Assembly (NCBI GenBank): GCA_002269645.1
Contig: NIVC01000199.1
Span: 186,001-250,000 of the forward strand
Origin: Macrostomum lignano
Taxonomy: Eukaryota
Length of the DNA stretch: 64,000 bases
Direction of reading: 5' to 3'
Shown in pieces: positions 1 to 11,049 of this stretch (the first letter of the stretch is position 1; each line of letters begins with the position of its first letter). Made by a program: the position numbers and the translations under genes. The notes beneath the pieces are model-generated. The model had not been told where the DNA came from. It saw only the letters and a program-made list of their open reading frames with translations, and did not search any database.

Positions 1-667
1 ATTAGCAAAGCACACTTAATCAATTATTTTTGCTATTCGGCGCGATTCGCTAAGCAAATTTGCTTTGTAGAAAACTGCTTTGAGTATTACTGATCCCATC
101 AATTTGTATATCGCCTAGCTCCATGAAAGTATGAAATTGCTAAACTTCAGACGATTCTGCAAAACTGCTGAACGTATTGCTAAATGCTGAGTTTTGCAAG
201 ACTGCCGATATGTATCGAAAATGGATTAGTGAGCCGTACAAATTGTAGTCTTCTAAGGATACTGAGGAGCCGGCTGAGAGGAGAACTGCAGACTGCTGAG
301 TGGATAAATGAGAATCAATTTTTTTTTCGATTGGAGGGGTAGTTCCTCCAGACTTATGAGCGTATAGCTGCAAACTGCTGAGGGGATAACTATCTACAGA
401 GTTTTGAGCGGATTAAGTGCAACTTTGCTGAGGGGACAGTTCTAGGCCGCTAAGGGTATAAGTGTTTAATGTTCATGAAATTTGTAGACTGCAAAGTGGA
501 TAAATGCAGACTGCCTAGAGATGACTGCAGTCTGTTTTGCGGCATTATATGAAGGGATAATTTCAGGTTGTTCTGGGGATAACTGCCGATTTCTGGGGGG
601 TTAACTTCAAACTGCTGAAGTTACTAAACTTCTTGAATAGTAGAAGGTTTATTTCGACCATCTGTCA

Positions 668-745
668 ATAGGCGTAATAGCCGCAGTAGGCAGGCAGTAA
701 CAGGCATAGACTGAAGGTCGGCAGTTCGAGCCTGAATTGAAGTAG
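668..745 (+). mobile_element. degenerate tRNA-like (SINE head) sequence
   Basis: A-box-like TAGCCGCAGTAGG and B-box-like AGTTCGAGCC at tRNA-like spacing; no clean cloverleaf or CCA end seen. Confidence 0.3.
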
Positions 746-1339
746 CGAATTTATTTCTGTGACCTGTGACAATATTTACTGTCTACTATACAGATTCCTG
801 CAGATTTTTTACATTTAATTTTAAATGTACTTTTGCTGGATCTGCGTTAATCTTCTAGAACAGTGCTACTCTGATGTAAATGCTAATTTACAGGAGGTAT
901 TACTAATCTGGGTGAGCAGCGCTAATCGGGGAGAGCAGTGCTAATCTGACGTACTGATGTGTTCCTTATTACCAGTCCTCAACTGTAATCAAGGAACACT
1001 CACTTCTAGCTCGGTAGCTAGGCAACCCAGTAAGTCAACAGAAGGTATTTAATTACCTTGAATCCTTATGAGATATCTCTTCAATGTGGATCTCGTGTAG
1101 ATCTCGTCTGTAGTTGTGTGAATCTCAGTTGATCTGATAGATCAGGCGCCTTGGTTCTTCAGTTGCTCTGGTCCTGGTTCCTCTTGTACTTCCGATGAAG
1201 TTGTTCCGGCCGGTATCTGTCGTTCGGACCAATAGGAAGCTTCCAAATTAACAATGGGTACCCTGCGCCAAACTGCGGTATCGTCTAAGCCTTCTCTTTC
1301 TAGCAGTGGCTCTATGCACTCTAGGAATAGCTCCGGAAA

Positions 1340-2215
1340 GCTGCTGTCAAAGCTCATGGGGATAATTACTGGAATGCTGTGGCTGTTGGGGGAATTGCCG
1401 AGATTGTTAAAGTAAGGTAAGGGTTAAACCATAAATGAATTGGCCTGTCAAACAGAAAATACTCATTGGGGAATGTCAAGGCTCATGGGGGTATCTGAAA
1501 TATACTGTGGCTCAAGGCTCAGGGGAATTGCTGTGATTGCAAAACATGGGGATATTGCCGAAATTCTGTGCCTCAAATAGGAGTTGCTGAGATATCAAGA
1601 CTCATTGGGGAATTGCTGTGCTGTCAAAGCTCATGGGGTATCCGTGTAATGCTGTACGCTGTGGCTCTTGGGGTATTGCTGAGATGCTAGGGTTCACATG
1701 GGAACGGCTAGGATGTCAAAGGCTCATATGGGAATTAATAAAATTCACGAAATGTCAAGGTTCATTGGGAAATTATTGAAATGCAGTGACTCGACAGGGT
1801 TAGGGTTAGGGTCAGTTTTGATTCAAACATAGAATAACCGCTCTGTCAACCATAAAAGACTTGCTAAGATAGAATTGCTAAGATATCAAAGCTCATGGGG
1901 GGAATCGCTGAGTTACCAAGGCTCATGAAGAAATTGCAGAGATATCAAGGCTCATAAGGGGATTGCTGAATTGTAGGGGAGAGGTGAGTTGGGTTGCTGG
2001 GATGTCAAGGCTTACTGGGCTGGGAGAATTGCGTAGATGTCAAGGCTCAAGTATAATTGCTGCGATGTCGAGGCTTACTGAGGAAATTTCTGAGATGTCA
2101 AGGCTTACTGGGGATTCGGGGAAATTGCTGAGATGTCAAGGCTTACTGGGGGAATAGCTGAGATGTCAAGGCTTACTGGGGAATTACTGAGATGTCAAGG
2201 CTCATGGGGGGTGGC
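1340..2215 (+). repeat. degenerate ~30-33 bp tandem repeat (GCTGAGATGTCAAGGCTTACTGGGG core) of a dispersed family
   Basis: Motif recurs many times here; the same motif occurs at ~27875-27960 (+), ~43400-43695 (-) and ~52905-52975 (-). Confidence 0.8.
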
Positions 2216-2547
2216 TGAATTGTTGGGGGGAGGGAGTAGGTTTCTGGGCGATTGTCAGATAGTCAAGTAGTACGGCTCAAGTAGCTCATTTAGTTCAGAT
2301 AATGAAAATGTACACGTAAGTGATCCTAATTTCTGCTAATAGGAAATACCAGCGTATTTATTAAAGGTTTGATTCTCTGAGTTAGGCTAATAAAGAGGGG
2401 TCTAAGGCCGTCAGGGATTGGCATATTAAGCTTCTGCAGACCATAATATAACTAGGCCAATGACGATACGCACTAAGAGTTTTGCTTGAAAGGATAAGCA
2501 CTATTTGCTAATTTAAAAAGGGAAAGACAAGCGCTAAACTGATAAAA

Positions 2548-2575
2548 AGCCACCCGGAGGGGGCTAAATGGCTAG
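2548..2575 (+). mobile_element. Helitron-type 3' terminus (GC hairpin + CTAG)
   Basis: AGCCACCC-GGA-GGGGGCT hairpin at 2548-2565 followed by CTAG at 2572-2575, then T. Confidence 0.6.
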
Positions 2576-3236
2576 TCCATCCATTAAACTAAATTCCATT
2601 AAACTAAAAATGGTCTGTCGGTAGGTATGTGTGTAATCGATTCTAGAAAAAATGGCTCATCTTTTTTCGAACTTGCACTGTTCGATCAGAAATTTTTCCG
2701 TGACGGTACATGTGTCTTGGCTAAGAAATTGCTCAATGCTAAAGGGATTAAATATTCAAAAAACATGCTTTTTTGCAAAGGTCAAGCAGCTCTTTCGACT
2801 TGAAATGCATTGTAAGAATGCTAGAGAAAAAACTGACTGGTTGAATTCTGATTCTGAAATAGATTGCATCACAATAGGCTTTTTATTTATTCAGTCTGTG
2901 TACTGGCTGAATTTTGACACTCAATTGAATTGCGTCACAGCGTGGAAGCATAGCACAATACTTGATTTATATTGCGTAACCATATTGGTAACTTTATTAG
3001 AGACTGACTTGCCTAAGAAATTGATTGTCATAACTGCTTCGTGTGACTTTTACTCTAGCTGACTTGGTGTGAGTGTTGAATTATAAGTGCTACAAATTCA
3101 CTTATAAATTCGATGAGAGCTAGCCTAGAGGTGAACAGACTGGACTGCTAATGCAGCGACCTGGGATCGAATCTTAGTACTGTAAAAAAGTAATGTATTT
3201 TTTTATTGAAAGCTTTTATTAAAATATTAATTAAAA

Positions 3237-4470
3237 GGTCCTGGATTACTGCACTTGATAAACCAAGGACTACTGCACTTGATAAACCAAGGACTACTGC
3301 ACTTGATAAACCAAGGACTACTGCACTTGATAAACCAAGGATTACTGCACTTGATAAACCAAGGACTACTGCACTTGATAAACCAAGGACTACTACACTT
3401 GATAAACCAAGGATTACTGCACTTGATAGGCTAAGGATTACTGCGCTTGATAAACCAAGGACTACTGCACTTGATAAACCAAGGACTACTGCACTTGATA
3501 AACCAAGGATTACTGCACTTGATAGGCTAAGGGTTACTGCGCTTGATAAACCAAGGACTACTGCACTTGATAAACCAAGGATTACTGCACTTGATAAGCT
3601 AAGGATTACTGCACTTGATAAACCAAGGACTACTGCACTTGATAAACCAAGGACTACTGCACTTGATAAACCAAGGACTACTGCACTTGATAAACCAAGG
3701 ATTACTGCACTTGATAAACCAAGGATTACTGCACTTAATAAACCAAGGACTACTGCACTTGATAAACCAAGGACTACTACACTTGATAAACCAAGGATTA
3801 CTGCACTTGATAGGCTAAGGATTACTGCGCTTGATAAACCAAGGACTACTGCACTTGATAAACCAAGGACTACTGCACTTGATAAACCAAGGATTACTGC
3901 ACTTGATAGGCTAAGGGTTACTGCGCTTGATAAACCAAGGACTACTGCACTTGATAAACCAAGGATTACTGCACTTGATAAGCTAAGGATTACTGCACTT
4001 GATAAACCAAGGACTACTGCACTTGATAAACCAAGGACTACTGCACTTGATAAACCAAGGACTACTGCACTTGATAAACCAAGGATTACTGCACTTGATA
4101 GGCTAAGGATTAATGCACTTGATAAACCAAGGATTACTGCACTTGATAAACCAAGGACTACTGCACTTGATAAACCAAGGACTACTGCGCTTGATAAACC
4201 AAGGACTACTGCACTTGATAAACCAAGGATTACTGCACTTGATAAGCTAAGGATTACTGCACTTGATAAACCAAAGATTACTGCACTTGATAAATCAAGG
4301 ACTACTGCACTTGATAAACCAAGGACTACTGCACTTGATAAACCAAGGATTACTGCACTTGATAGGCTAAGGATTACTGCGCTTGATAAACCAAGGACTA
4401 CTGCACTTGATAAACCAAGGATTACTGCACTTGATAAGCTAAGGATTACTGCACTTGATAGAGCAAGGAT
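3237..4470. repeat. 24-bp minisatellite (GGACTACTGCACTTGATAAACCAA), ~51 units
   Basis: Directly visible tandem array; explains ORFs 3148..4473(-) and 3206..4510(+). Confidence 0.97.
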
Positions 4471-4635
4471 CATTGCACTAGATAATAAAATGATTCTTGC
4501 ACTATCTTAGAAGCGGATAATTGCGCTGGAAAAAAAAGAGATTATTGCGCTAGCTGAGACATGGATTATTGCACAACCTGAGAAAGCGATTATTTCATTA
4601 GCGGAGGAAATATTTGCACTAGCTACTTGCTGTCT

Positions 4636-4860
4636 AATGGATGCTTGCTATCTGCAGGATGCTTGCTATCTGCAGGATGCTTGCTATTTGGAGGGATGCT
4701 TACTATTTTGGAGGATGCTTGCTATCTGGGTGGAGGCTTGCTATCTGCAGGATGCTTGCTATCTGCAGGATGCTTGCTATTTGGAGGGATGCTTACTATT
4801 TTGGAGGATGCTTGCTATCTGGGTGGAGGCTTGCTATCTGGGGAATGCTTGCTGTCTTGG
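4636..4860 (+). repeat. 18-bp minisatellite (GATGCTTGCTATCTGCAG)
   Basis: Tandem units; same unit as the large reverse-oriented array at 39090-40550. Confidence 0.93.
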
Positions 4861-5512
4861 GGATGTTTTCTATTTAGGGGGAATGTCTGTGTCTTTGTAA
4901 AATTCAGGTGGAATTTAGGGGGAATCTTTGTGAAAACTATATTTTGTCTTTCTGTTAATTTAAAAAAAGTAAGAGATTCATAGCAAACATCTTTGTTCAT
5001 GACAATTTTACTCGAATAAGGTGATTTATAAAACTGAAGAAGGAATTGGTTCTTAAGAAAATGTGCTTTTTTAATTGTTTTATATAAATATTTTTGCTCC
5101 TTGCTTATTGCGCGCCCCGAAGGGGGGCACTAGATTGCTAGTAGCAATAGCTAAATTCAGATAGTTACAAGTGTAGACAATGATACAATCCAGTGTAGCC
5201 TAAATAAATGAACTTTAACATTGATAATAGCTTAGAAAAAGAGCTAATTGTCTTTAATTCTTTAGTATAGCATATTGGTGAATATCTAGATACGAGTATC
5301 TAGAAATATCATACTTGTTTCATGTCCATGTTGCGCTCCTATTGGCTGAAAGGCTTATCTGTTTGATTGTTCTGAATTAATGTACTGACCCATTTCAGTG
5401 TAAACTTGCTAACCAAGTAAATATAAAAAAAAATTCAGACACCTGCAGCCACAAACTACGCTGTCAAATCATTTTGCTGCATACCGCTTTGTAGCAGTTC
5501 AATTTGTGAAAA

Positions 5513-7483
5513 ATGACGAACTTAATGTCAGTTAGTAATTGGCTAACGGACTCCGCCGTCAATCAACCGCAAAATGTAGTACTAAACAACACATTCGCCA
5601 CATCAGAGAGGGATTCCGATATATTAGACTATGAGATTACGAGCAATGCTGTCATACCAACTGAGGCATTGATACCAATATTACCTACTCCATGCAACTT
5701 AGCAAACAATAGTACGAAAGACTCCTTAGCTGTTGCAATGAAAGCCATAGCTGACACTGAAATGCCTAAGCAGCGAATGCTCATAGCCGCTCAGCTTCGA
5801 GCTTCAACATACTTTGGTACATCTGACGCGCGACAATTGGTACAAACAGGTAAAAGCAAGGTACTGCGGTACTACAACAACAGCACACCTGGTGGCAGAG
5901 CGTCATCAGTGCCGCAGACTCTGGACTTCCGCAATCAGCGATGGGACACGAGTGGAATGCCGGCCTCGATTCCACAACACCTGTGGGACATGAGACGAGA
6001 GGAGAACAGGTGGCAGTCCTTCCACCTGCCAGATGCCAGCTTCACAGCGGCTCACCTGGTGTCCGTGACGGATCTGGCTGCTGACGGATTCTTCTACCTG
6101 CAGGAGTCGGACAGAGTAAAGTGTGCATTCTGCAAGGGTGTGCTCAAGGACTGGGAGGCGGGCGAGCAGGTCCGAGAGGCTCACAGACGCCACTTCTCCA
6201 CCTGTCCGTTCGTGCTGTTCGTCGAGGTCGGCAACGTGCCTCGAGAACACAGAGAGCCAGAAAGAGTCTTGATTTCAGCAAAGATAGTAGAGGCAGTGCA
6301 ATGCTGTGATCAGACTGCAGATGATGCAGCAGTGATGGTGAACGGAGACTGGAGCATGAAGCTGGTCGCTGAGCTATCACCGATGGAGTTCGCTGGACTG
6401 AACGAGTGGGCACTGGCGACACGCGAAACTCGTGGACCGAATGCACGACGCGTTGTGGACGACGAGCTGGTCGCAGTCGACATGATGAAGCGTCCTCAGC
6501 TTCCAGTGTCGAGCGAAGTAGCGAGATCTGCGTGCTCCGAGAGAGCTCTCACGAACCTGTCCGCTCTGCAGCACAGTCTCGAGAGTGATCCATCGAGTGT
6601 GACTGCCAAACACGCACAGTTCGAGACCTACCAAGCGAGGTCGCAGTCTCTGCACTCGGCTCTCGTTCAGCAGCCAGTGTACTTGCTTGCAAAGGCGGGC
6701 TTCTTCTACTCGGAAGCCGAGAGAGCGACCTGCTGCTTCAGCTGCGGACTTTGCATGAGCGAGTGGAGCTGCGACGATGATGTGTGGGTTGAGCACGCCA
6801 GGTGGTCACCTCGGTGTCCTCACGTGTTGTTGGAGCGAGGTAGCGACTTTGTGCAGACAGTGCACCGACTGTCGCCTCCCGTGCAGCACCCGACTTGTGG
6901 CGCCTCTGCTCAGCGTCACGCTGCATTGGTACAGACGGACTCAACTGCATCAGCAGGTGCTGCGACTGTCGACGGGTCCGCCGCCACTACTGCAGTCCGC
7001 AGCAGTCGCGCAGACGAGGCTCTCGCAGTCACACCTGGAGTCGAGTTCAGAGTCGAGGCCAGAGACATCAAGGCGAGAGCCGACCTGCCCGTTGTGAGAC
7101 TGCTCACTCAACTCGGATTTTCCGCTCTGCAAGTGAGACTGTTTACAGAGCTGCATCTCAGACAGCGAGGCGATGACTTTGCCTCATCGGAGCTGTTCCT
7201 CGACTTCATGCTCACCGAGAGCCGCCGCATGCGCAAGCAGTCGCAGGACCCGGAGGCGTTCTTCGAGAGCAGGATGTCTCAGATTCGAGAGTCTCTGAAC
7301 CAACAGCCGAGACCCCGAGACACAACCGACTGGAAGACGTGCAAGGTGTGCATGGACAAGGAGGTGAACATCATGCTGCTGGACTGTGGTCACGTGGCCT
7401 GCTGCTCAGTGTGCGCCAAGTCGCTGAAGACGTGCCCCATCTGCAGGGCCTTCATTCGCGGCTCCCTATTTTTTCGTGAGTGA
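5513..7483 (+). CDS. inhibitor of apoptosis protein (IAP/BIRC family; BIR-BIR-UBA-like-RING), intronless, copy 1, 656 aa
   Basis: Two canonical BIR motifs C-x2-C-x16-H-x6-C (CAFC..H..C and CFSC..H..C); UBA-like segment LPVVRLLTQLGFS; C-terminal C3HC4 RING CKVC..CGH..CSVC..CPIC; true ATG start. Confidence 0.95.
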   Translation: MTNLMSVSNWLTDSAVNQPQNVVLNNTFATSERDSDILDYEITSNAVIPTEALIPILPTPCNLANNSTKDSLAVAMKAIADTEMPKQRMLIAAQLRASTYFGTSDARQLVQTGKSKVLRYYNNSTPGGRASSVPQTLDFRNQRWDTSGMPASIPQHLWDMRREENRWQSFHLPDASFTAAHLVSVTDLAADGFFYLQESDRVKCAFCKGVLKDWEAGEQVREAHRRHFSTCPFVLFVEVGNVPREHREPERVLISAKIVEAVQCCDQTADDAAVMVNGDWSMKLVAELSPMEFAGLNEWALATRETRGPNARRVVDDELVAVDMMKRPQLPVSSEVARSACSERALTNLSALQHSLESDPSSVTAKHAQFETYQARSQSLHSALVQQPVYLLAKAGFFYSEAERATCCFSCGLCMSEWSCDDDVWVEHARWSPRCPHVLLERGSDFVQTVHRLSPPVQHPTCGASAQRHAALVQTDSTASAGAATVDGSAATTAVRSSRADEALAVTPGVEFRVEARDIKARADLPVVRLLTQLGFSALQVRLFTELHLRQRGDDFASSELFLDFMLTESRRMRKQSQDPEAFFESRMSQIRESLNQQPRPRDTTDWKTCKVCMDKEVNIMLLDCGHVACCSVCAKSLKTCPICRAFIRGSLFFRE

Positions 7484-8769
7484 AGGCTGTTTTGTTTTTT
7501 AGCACTAGGTAAAACGTTGCACGAATTGTTTTCCATAGAAACAATAACTGTTGGATTTTTAGCGCATAATGGGGCGGAATCAAAGAGAAGAATAATTAGT
7601 GAGTTTTGTTTCTGGATCCTTACTTGCAGTTTTTTGTAGGCAAGTTATCTTCAAGTTGAGACCTTGTCACAATTTATTTTAAGAAGTCTTTGTTTTCATA
7701 ATCGCTTAGTCGCTTAATGACAATTATACTACTTTTTCAGTTTGGTTTTTTTCTTGCAAATAGATTCGTCACTTCAGATAGCAACAACACCATATTTTTA
7801 ATTTATCGCATCTATTTATAGCATTTGTAACATTAATACTTACATGAGTTGGTTTTCACCTTTCTGTGCAATAATATTTCTGCGTAATGTATAATACTAT
7901 AATGCACTTGTAGTTTACTATTATTTAGAGTTTGTCATATGTACGTAGGATAAGCGTTTACGAGTATTTAGACGTCACTGTGTGCACTAATTTAGTAGCA
8001 TATTCAGTGCCTCATCTGTCGATGCAGCACCCGCACTTAATCAGTAACTTCTACACCATTTCACCTTTAATTTCATTCAAGCTCCAATTCACGTTGCACA
8101 ATCGGAAGCTCGACTTTGACACTTCGAGAGCAGGAAAATTACATGAAAATCTACATTAATTTTAGACAAACTCCTTTTAATATCGACAGCAAGCACAACT
8201 TTGTATGGGGAAGAAAGTCTATATGGTGTTGCACTGCCAAAACTCCTTTTTATTTTTGTCAAACTCCAATTCATATCGAAAAAAATTTGACGCAACTTCT
8301 ATAAACTGATCAAAGTTCGTCAAAGTACGTCCAACATCGTTAATCTACACCCACTTTCGTCGGGTTCCATTCCATGTCTTTTAAAGCCGTTTATTTTCGG
8401 AGCAAAAAGGTAGCATGGCTAGAAGTGTCGAAGTTAAGCCATGGCAACAATACGTGCCATTGTACGTGTGCATTCATACCCATGCGTAATCTGATGTGTT
8501 CATACTGAATATTGCCCTTTTTACAGTGTACTGCAACGCAAGCATTGAAGAATGAACGTCATTATATGTTTCCAGCCTAATACATCATTTTTAACCTGTT
8601 GCATATGCAGCTTATTTTGCTGGCCTTGCATCAAACGTTGCAGACCGATATTGTTAATTTTTTGTATCTGCTATTGCTTTAAAGTTCTTACTGGCTTTTA
8701 TTACCAAATAGGTGTTTCTTATTTAAACTAAATGATTTCCTTTACAGTAGTGTGAATTTCTGCTCACAC

Positions 8770-9329
8770 TAGGACCTGCGACGCCGCCGCGGGCTTGCCT
8801 GGGCTGCCTTTCGTTCTGTGAGGGCAGTCCTGCAGTCCGAGGCCCTACCGGACCGCCAGAGGGCGGCGCTGTTCCAGGCGGTAATCGAGACCGTCCTGCT
8901 GTACAACGCCGAGACCTGGACGCTGACGGACTCACTCGAACAGCAAGTCGATGCGGCGCACGCTGGTCTGCTGCGCGCCGCCTTCAACATCGGCGTCGAG
9001 CGAGTCACCAACGCGGCACTCTATCGCCGCGCTGGCCTGCCACGTCCAAGTGATCTACTGCGCCGTCGGCGACTCCAGCTCGCAGGCCATCTCATCCGCG
9101 CCGAGTCGTACTGCCCACAGCCGGTGCAGGAGGTGCTGCTGCTCACGCTGCAGGCACCCTACCGGCGAGGTCAAGCGCGAACTCGGCGTTATGTCGACTG
9201 TCTGCTGGCTGACGCCGGCGCCCCGGACACTGCCGGTGGCGCGGCCTTTGTTCGCGCCCAAGCCATGAAGCGCGCCCTGTGACGCTGACTTTTACCATCA
9301 TGACAGCGTATTTTGTTGTTTGTTGTTGT
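8770..9329 (+). mobile_element. 5'-truncated RTE-type non-LTR retrotransposon with target-site duplication
   Basis: ORF2 C-terminal motif VIETVLLYNAETWTLT..RRRRLQLAGHLIR; (TTG)n tail at ~9315-9330; TGCTCACAC duplicated at 8761-8769 and 9330-9338. Confidence 0.85.
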
Positions 9330-9559
9330 TGCTCACACGAACTGCTTTAAAGTCGATTTCATTCCTAAATTTATTGAAAATTGAGAAGCGTTTGGAGCAA
9401 ATGAGGCCTAATACTCAATTTACCACTTAATCAAGGACTTGACCAAGTGACTGTCGATATAGCACAAATAAGGCTGGTTTACTTCACACTTTTGCCTGAA
9501 TATTCGCTGGTCAAATATTGCTCAAATCAATTTAAAATCAGTGTGACTTGACTATGTTG

Positions 9560-10250
9560 GCCTTTAGTCAAATCACAAGTACAAGTATAACTATAGCCCA
9601 ATTAGTCGGCCATCAAATCACAGGTACAATTGTTGCCGTACCCCAATTAGTCAGCCATCAAATCACAGGTACAATTGTTGCTGTACCCCAATTAGTCGGC
9701 CATCAAATCACAGGTACAATTGTTGCTGTACCCCAATTAGTCAGCCGTAAAATCACACGTACAATTGTTGCTGTACCCCAATTAGTCAGCCGTCAAATCA
9801 CAGGTACAATTGTTGCTGTACCCCAATTAGTCAGCCATCAAATCACAGTTACAATTGTTGCTGTACCCTAATTAGTCAGCCATCAAATCACAGGTACAAT
9901 TGTTGCTGTACCCCAATTAGTCAGCCATCAAATCACACGTACAATTGTTGCTGTACCCCAATTAGTCAGCCGTCAAATCACAGGTACAATTGTTGCTGTA
10001 CCCCAATTAGTCAGCCATCAAATCACAGGTACAATTGTTGCTGTACCCTAATTAGTCAGCCATCAAATCACAGGTACAATTGTTGCTGTACCCTAATTAG
10101 TCAGCCGTCAAATCACGGTTACAATTGTTGCTGTACCCTAATTAGTCAGCCGTCAAATCACACGTACAAGTAACTGTACCCCAATTAGTAGGCCATAAAA
10201 TCACACGTACAAGTAACTATACTCCAATTAGTCAGCCATAAAATCGCAGG
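9560..10250. repeat. 45-bp minisatellite (TTGTTGCTGTACCCCAATTAGTCAGCCATCAAATCACAGGTACAA), ~15 units
   Basis: Directly visible tandem array with degenerate edges. Confidence 0.95.
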
Positions 10251-10832
10251 TAAAATTGACAGTCTAGACCCAAGTATTCAGCCATTATATCACAGGTACA
10301 AGTGGTATTATATATACCACTGGAATACAATAAAGAAAATTGAAGGCATATACTAAAGATTTTTTCTGCTGCAAAACCAGCTGCTTTTGTGGTTTATCCT
10401 GCAAAGCCCCGTTTGCGATTTACTCTGCAAGCACGCGGAATTCAACAGCATGGGAGAGCAGTTTGTTACCAGACTGTACAGAAATCCAATGTAAATCAAA
10501 TCACTGTACATGTAGATCTCTGTGATTACGCAGTAACGCCTGTTCTGTAATTTTATAAATCGTGGATGAGACGCCCAGTTTTTACGGTTTGATTGGCTGG
10601 GTTGATGGGTAGTATCCGATTTCGAACTGACTTGCCTATTGATTAGGAAATTATTACAGTAAATCAAATACATGTAACAGTATTTGCTCTATATTTATTG
10701 CAATATAAGAGTTCACTCTCTTCTCTAATCTCTCCTCTTTTCTCACTTCTCTCTCATCTCTCCTCTCTGCTCTCTCTGTGCGACCCCATATTCACAAGCT
10801 TCTTAATGTCTTCGCGTGCTAATAACATATTT

Positions 10833-10960
10833 AACAAGCTGTTGAAACCCGCGGATTTTGAACCCGCTGAATTCCAATCCTTGGAACTGTTTTTGCATAT
10901 ATTTTAAATCTGAAGTCATATTTAAACAAACTTGTTAGGATAGAGGTAAAATGAAGTAAA
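10833..10960 (+). repeat. dispersed repeat (second copy ~58577-58710), each followed by a CT-rich tract
   Basis: ACAAGCTGTTGAAACCCGCGGATTTT..TTTTTGCAT..AAATCTGA..AACTTGTTA shared between the two loci. Confidence 0.75.
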
Positions 10961-11049
10961 TTAAGGATAATTGAGGCGGGCATTGATCTCATCAGCTGGG
11001 GTGTTTCAAACTCTGGCTTCTGGCTTCTGCCTCTCCATCACTAAGGTCC

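Larger units (their letters stand above)
2576..5141 (+). mobile_element. putative non-autonomous Helitron-like element carrying two minisatellites
   Basis: Begins TC; the 5' block (TCCA..ACTAAAAATGGT..GAACTTGCACTGTTCGATCAGAA) is shared with 25171-25350 and 17790-17889(-). The 3' block 4630-5141 is shared with 38837-39130(-), and the homology stops exactly at hairpin GCCCC-GAAGG-GGGGC + CTAG|T. That the two ends belong to one element is inferred. Confidence 0.55.

Noticed and set aside
1142-1357. 71-aa minus-strand ORF
   Set aside because: No recognisable motif or splice partners; cannot be supported without a search
1795-1812. TTAGGG telomeric repeats
   Set aside because: Only two to three units; too short to call an interstitial telomere
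3148-4510. 434-aa and 441-aa ORFs as real proteins
   Set aside because: Both lie wholly within a 24-bp (multiple-of-three) array on opposite strands; no unique domain or splice context
5781-7393. Overlapping and antisense short ORFs across the IAP copies
   Set aside because: Shadows of GC-rich coding sequence, repeated only because the copies are near-identical
5513-7483. Viral (baculovirus-like) origin of the intronless IAPs
   Set aside because: No viral genes nearby; a UBA-like segment typical of cellular IAPs is present; flanks are host repeats
9560-10250. CRISPR-like array interpretation of this and the other tandem arrays
   Set aside because: Units are contiguous with no unique spacers, the context is eukaryotic, and there are no cas genes
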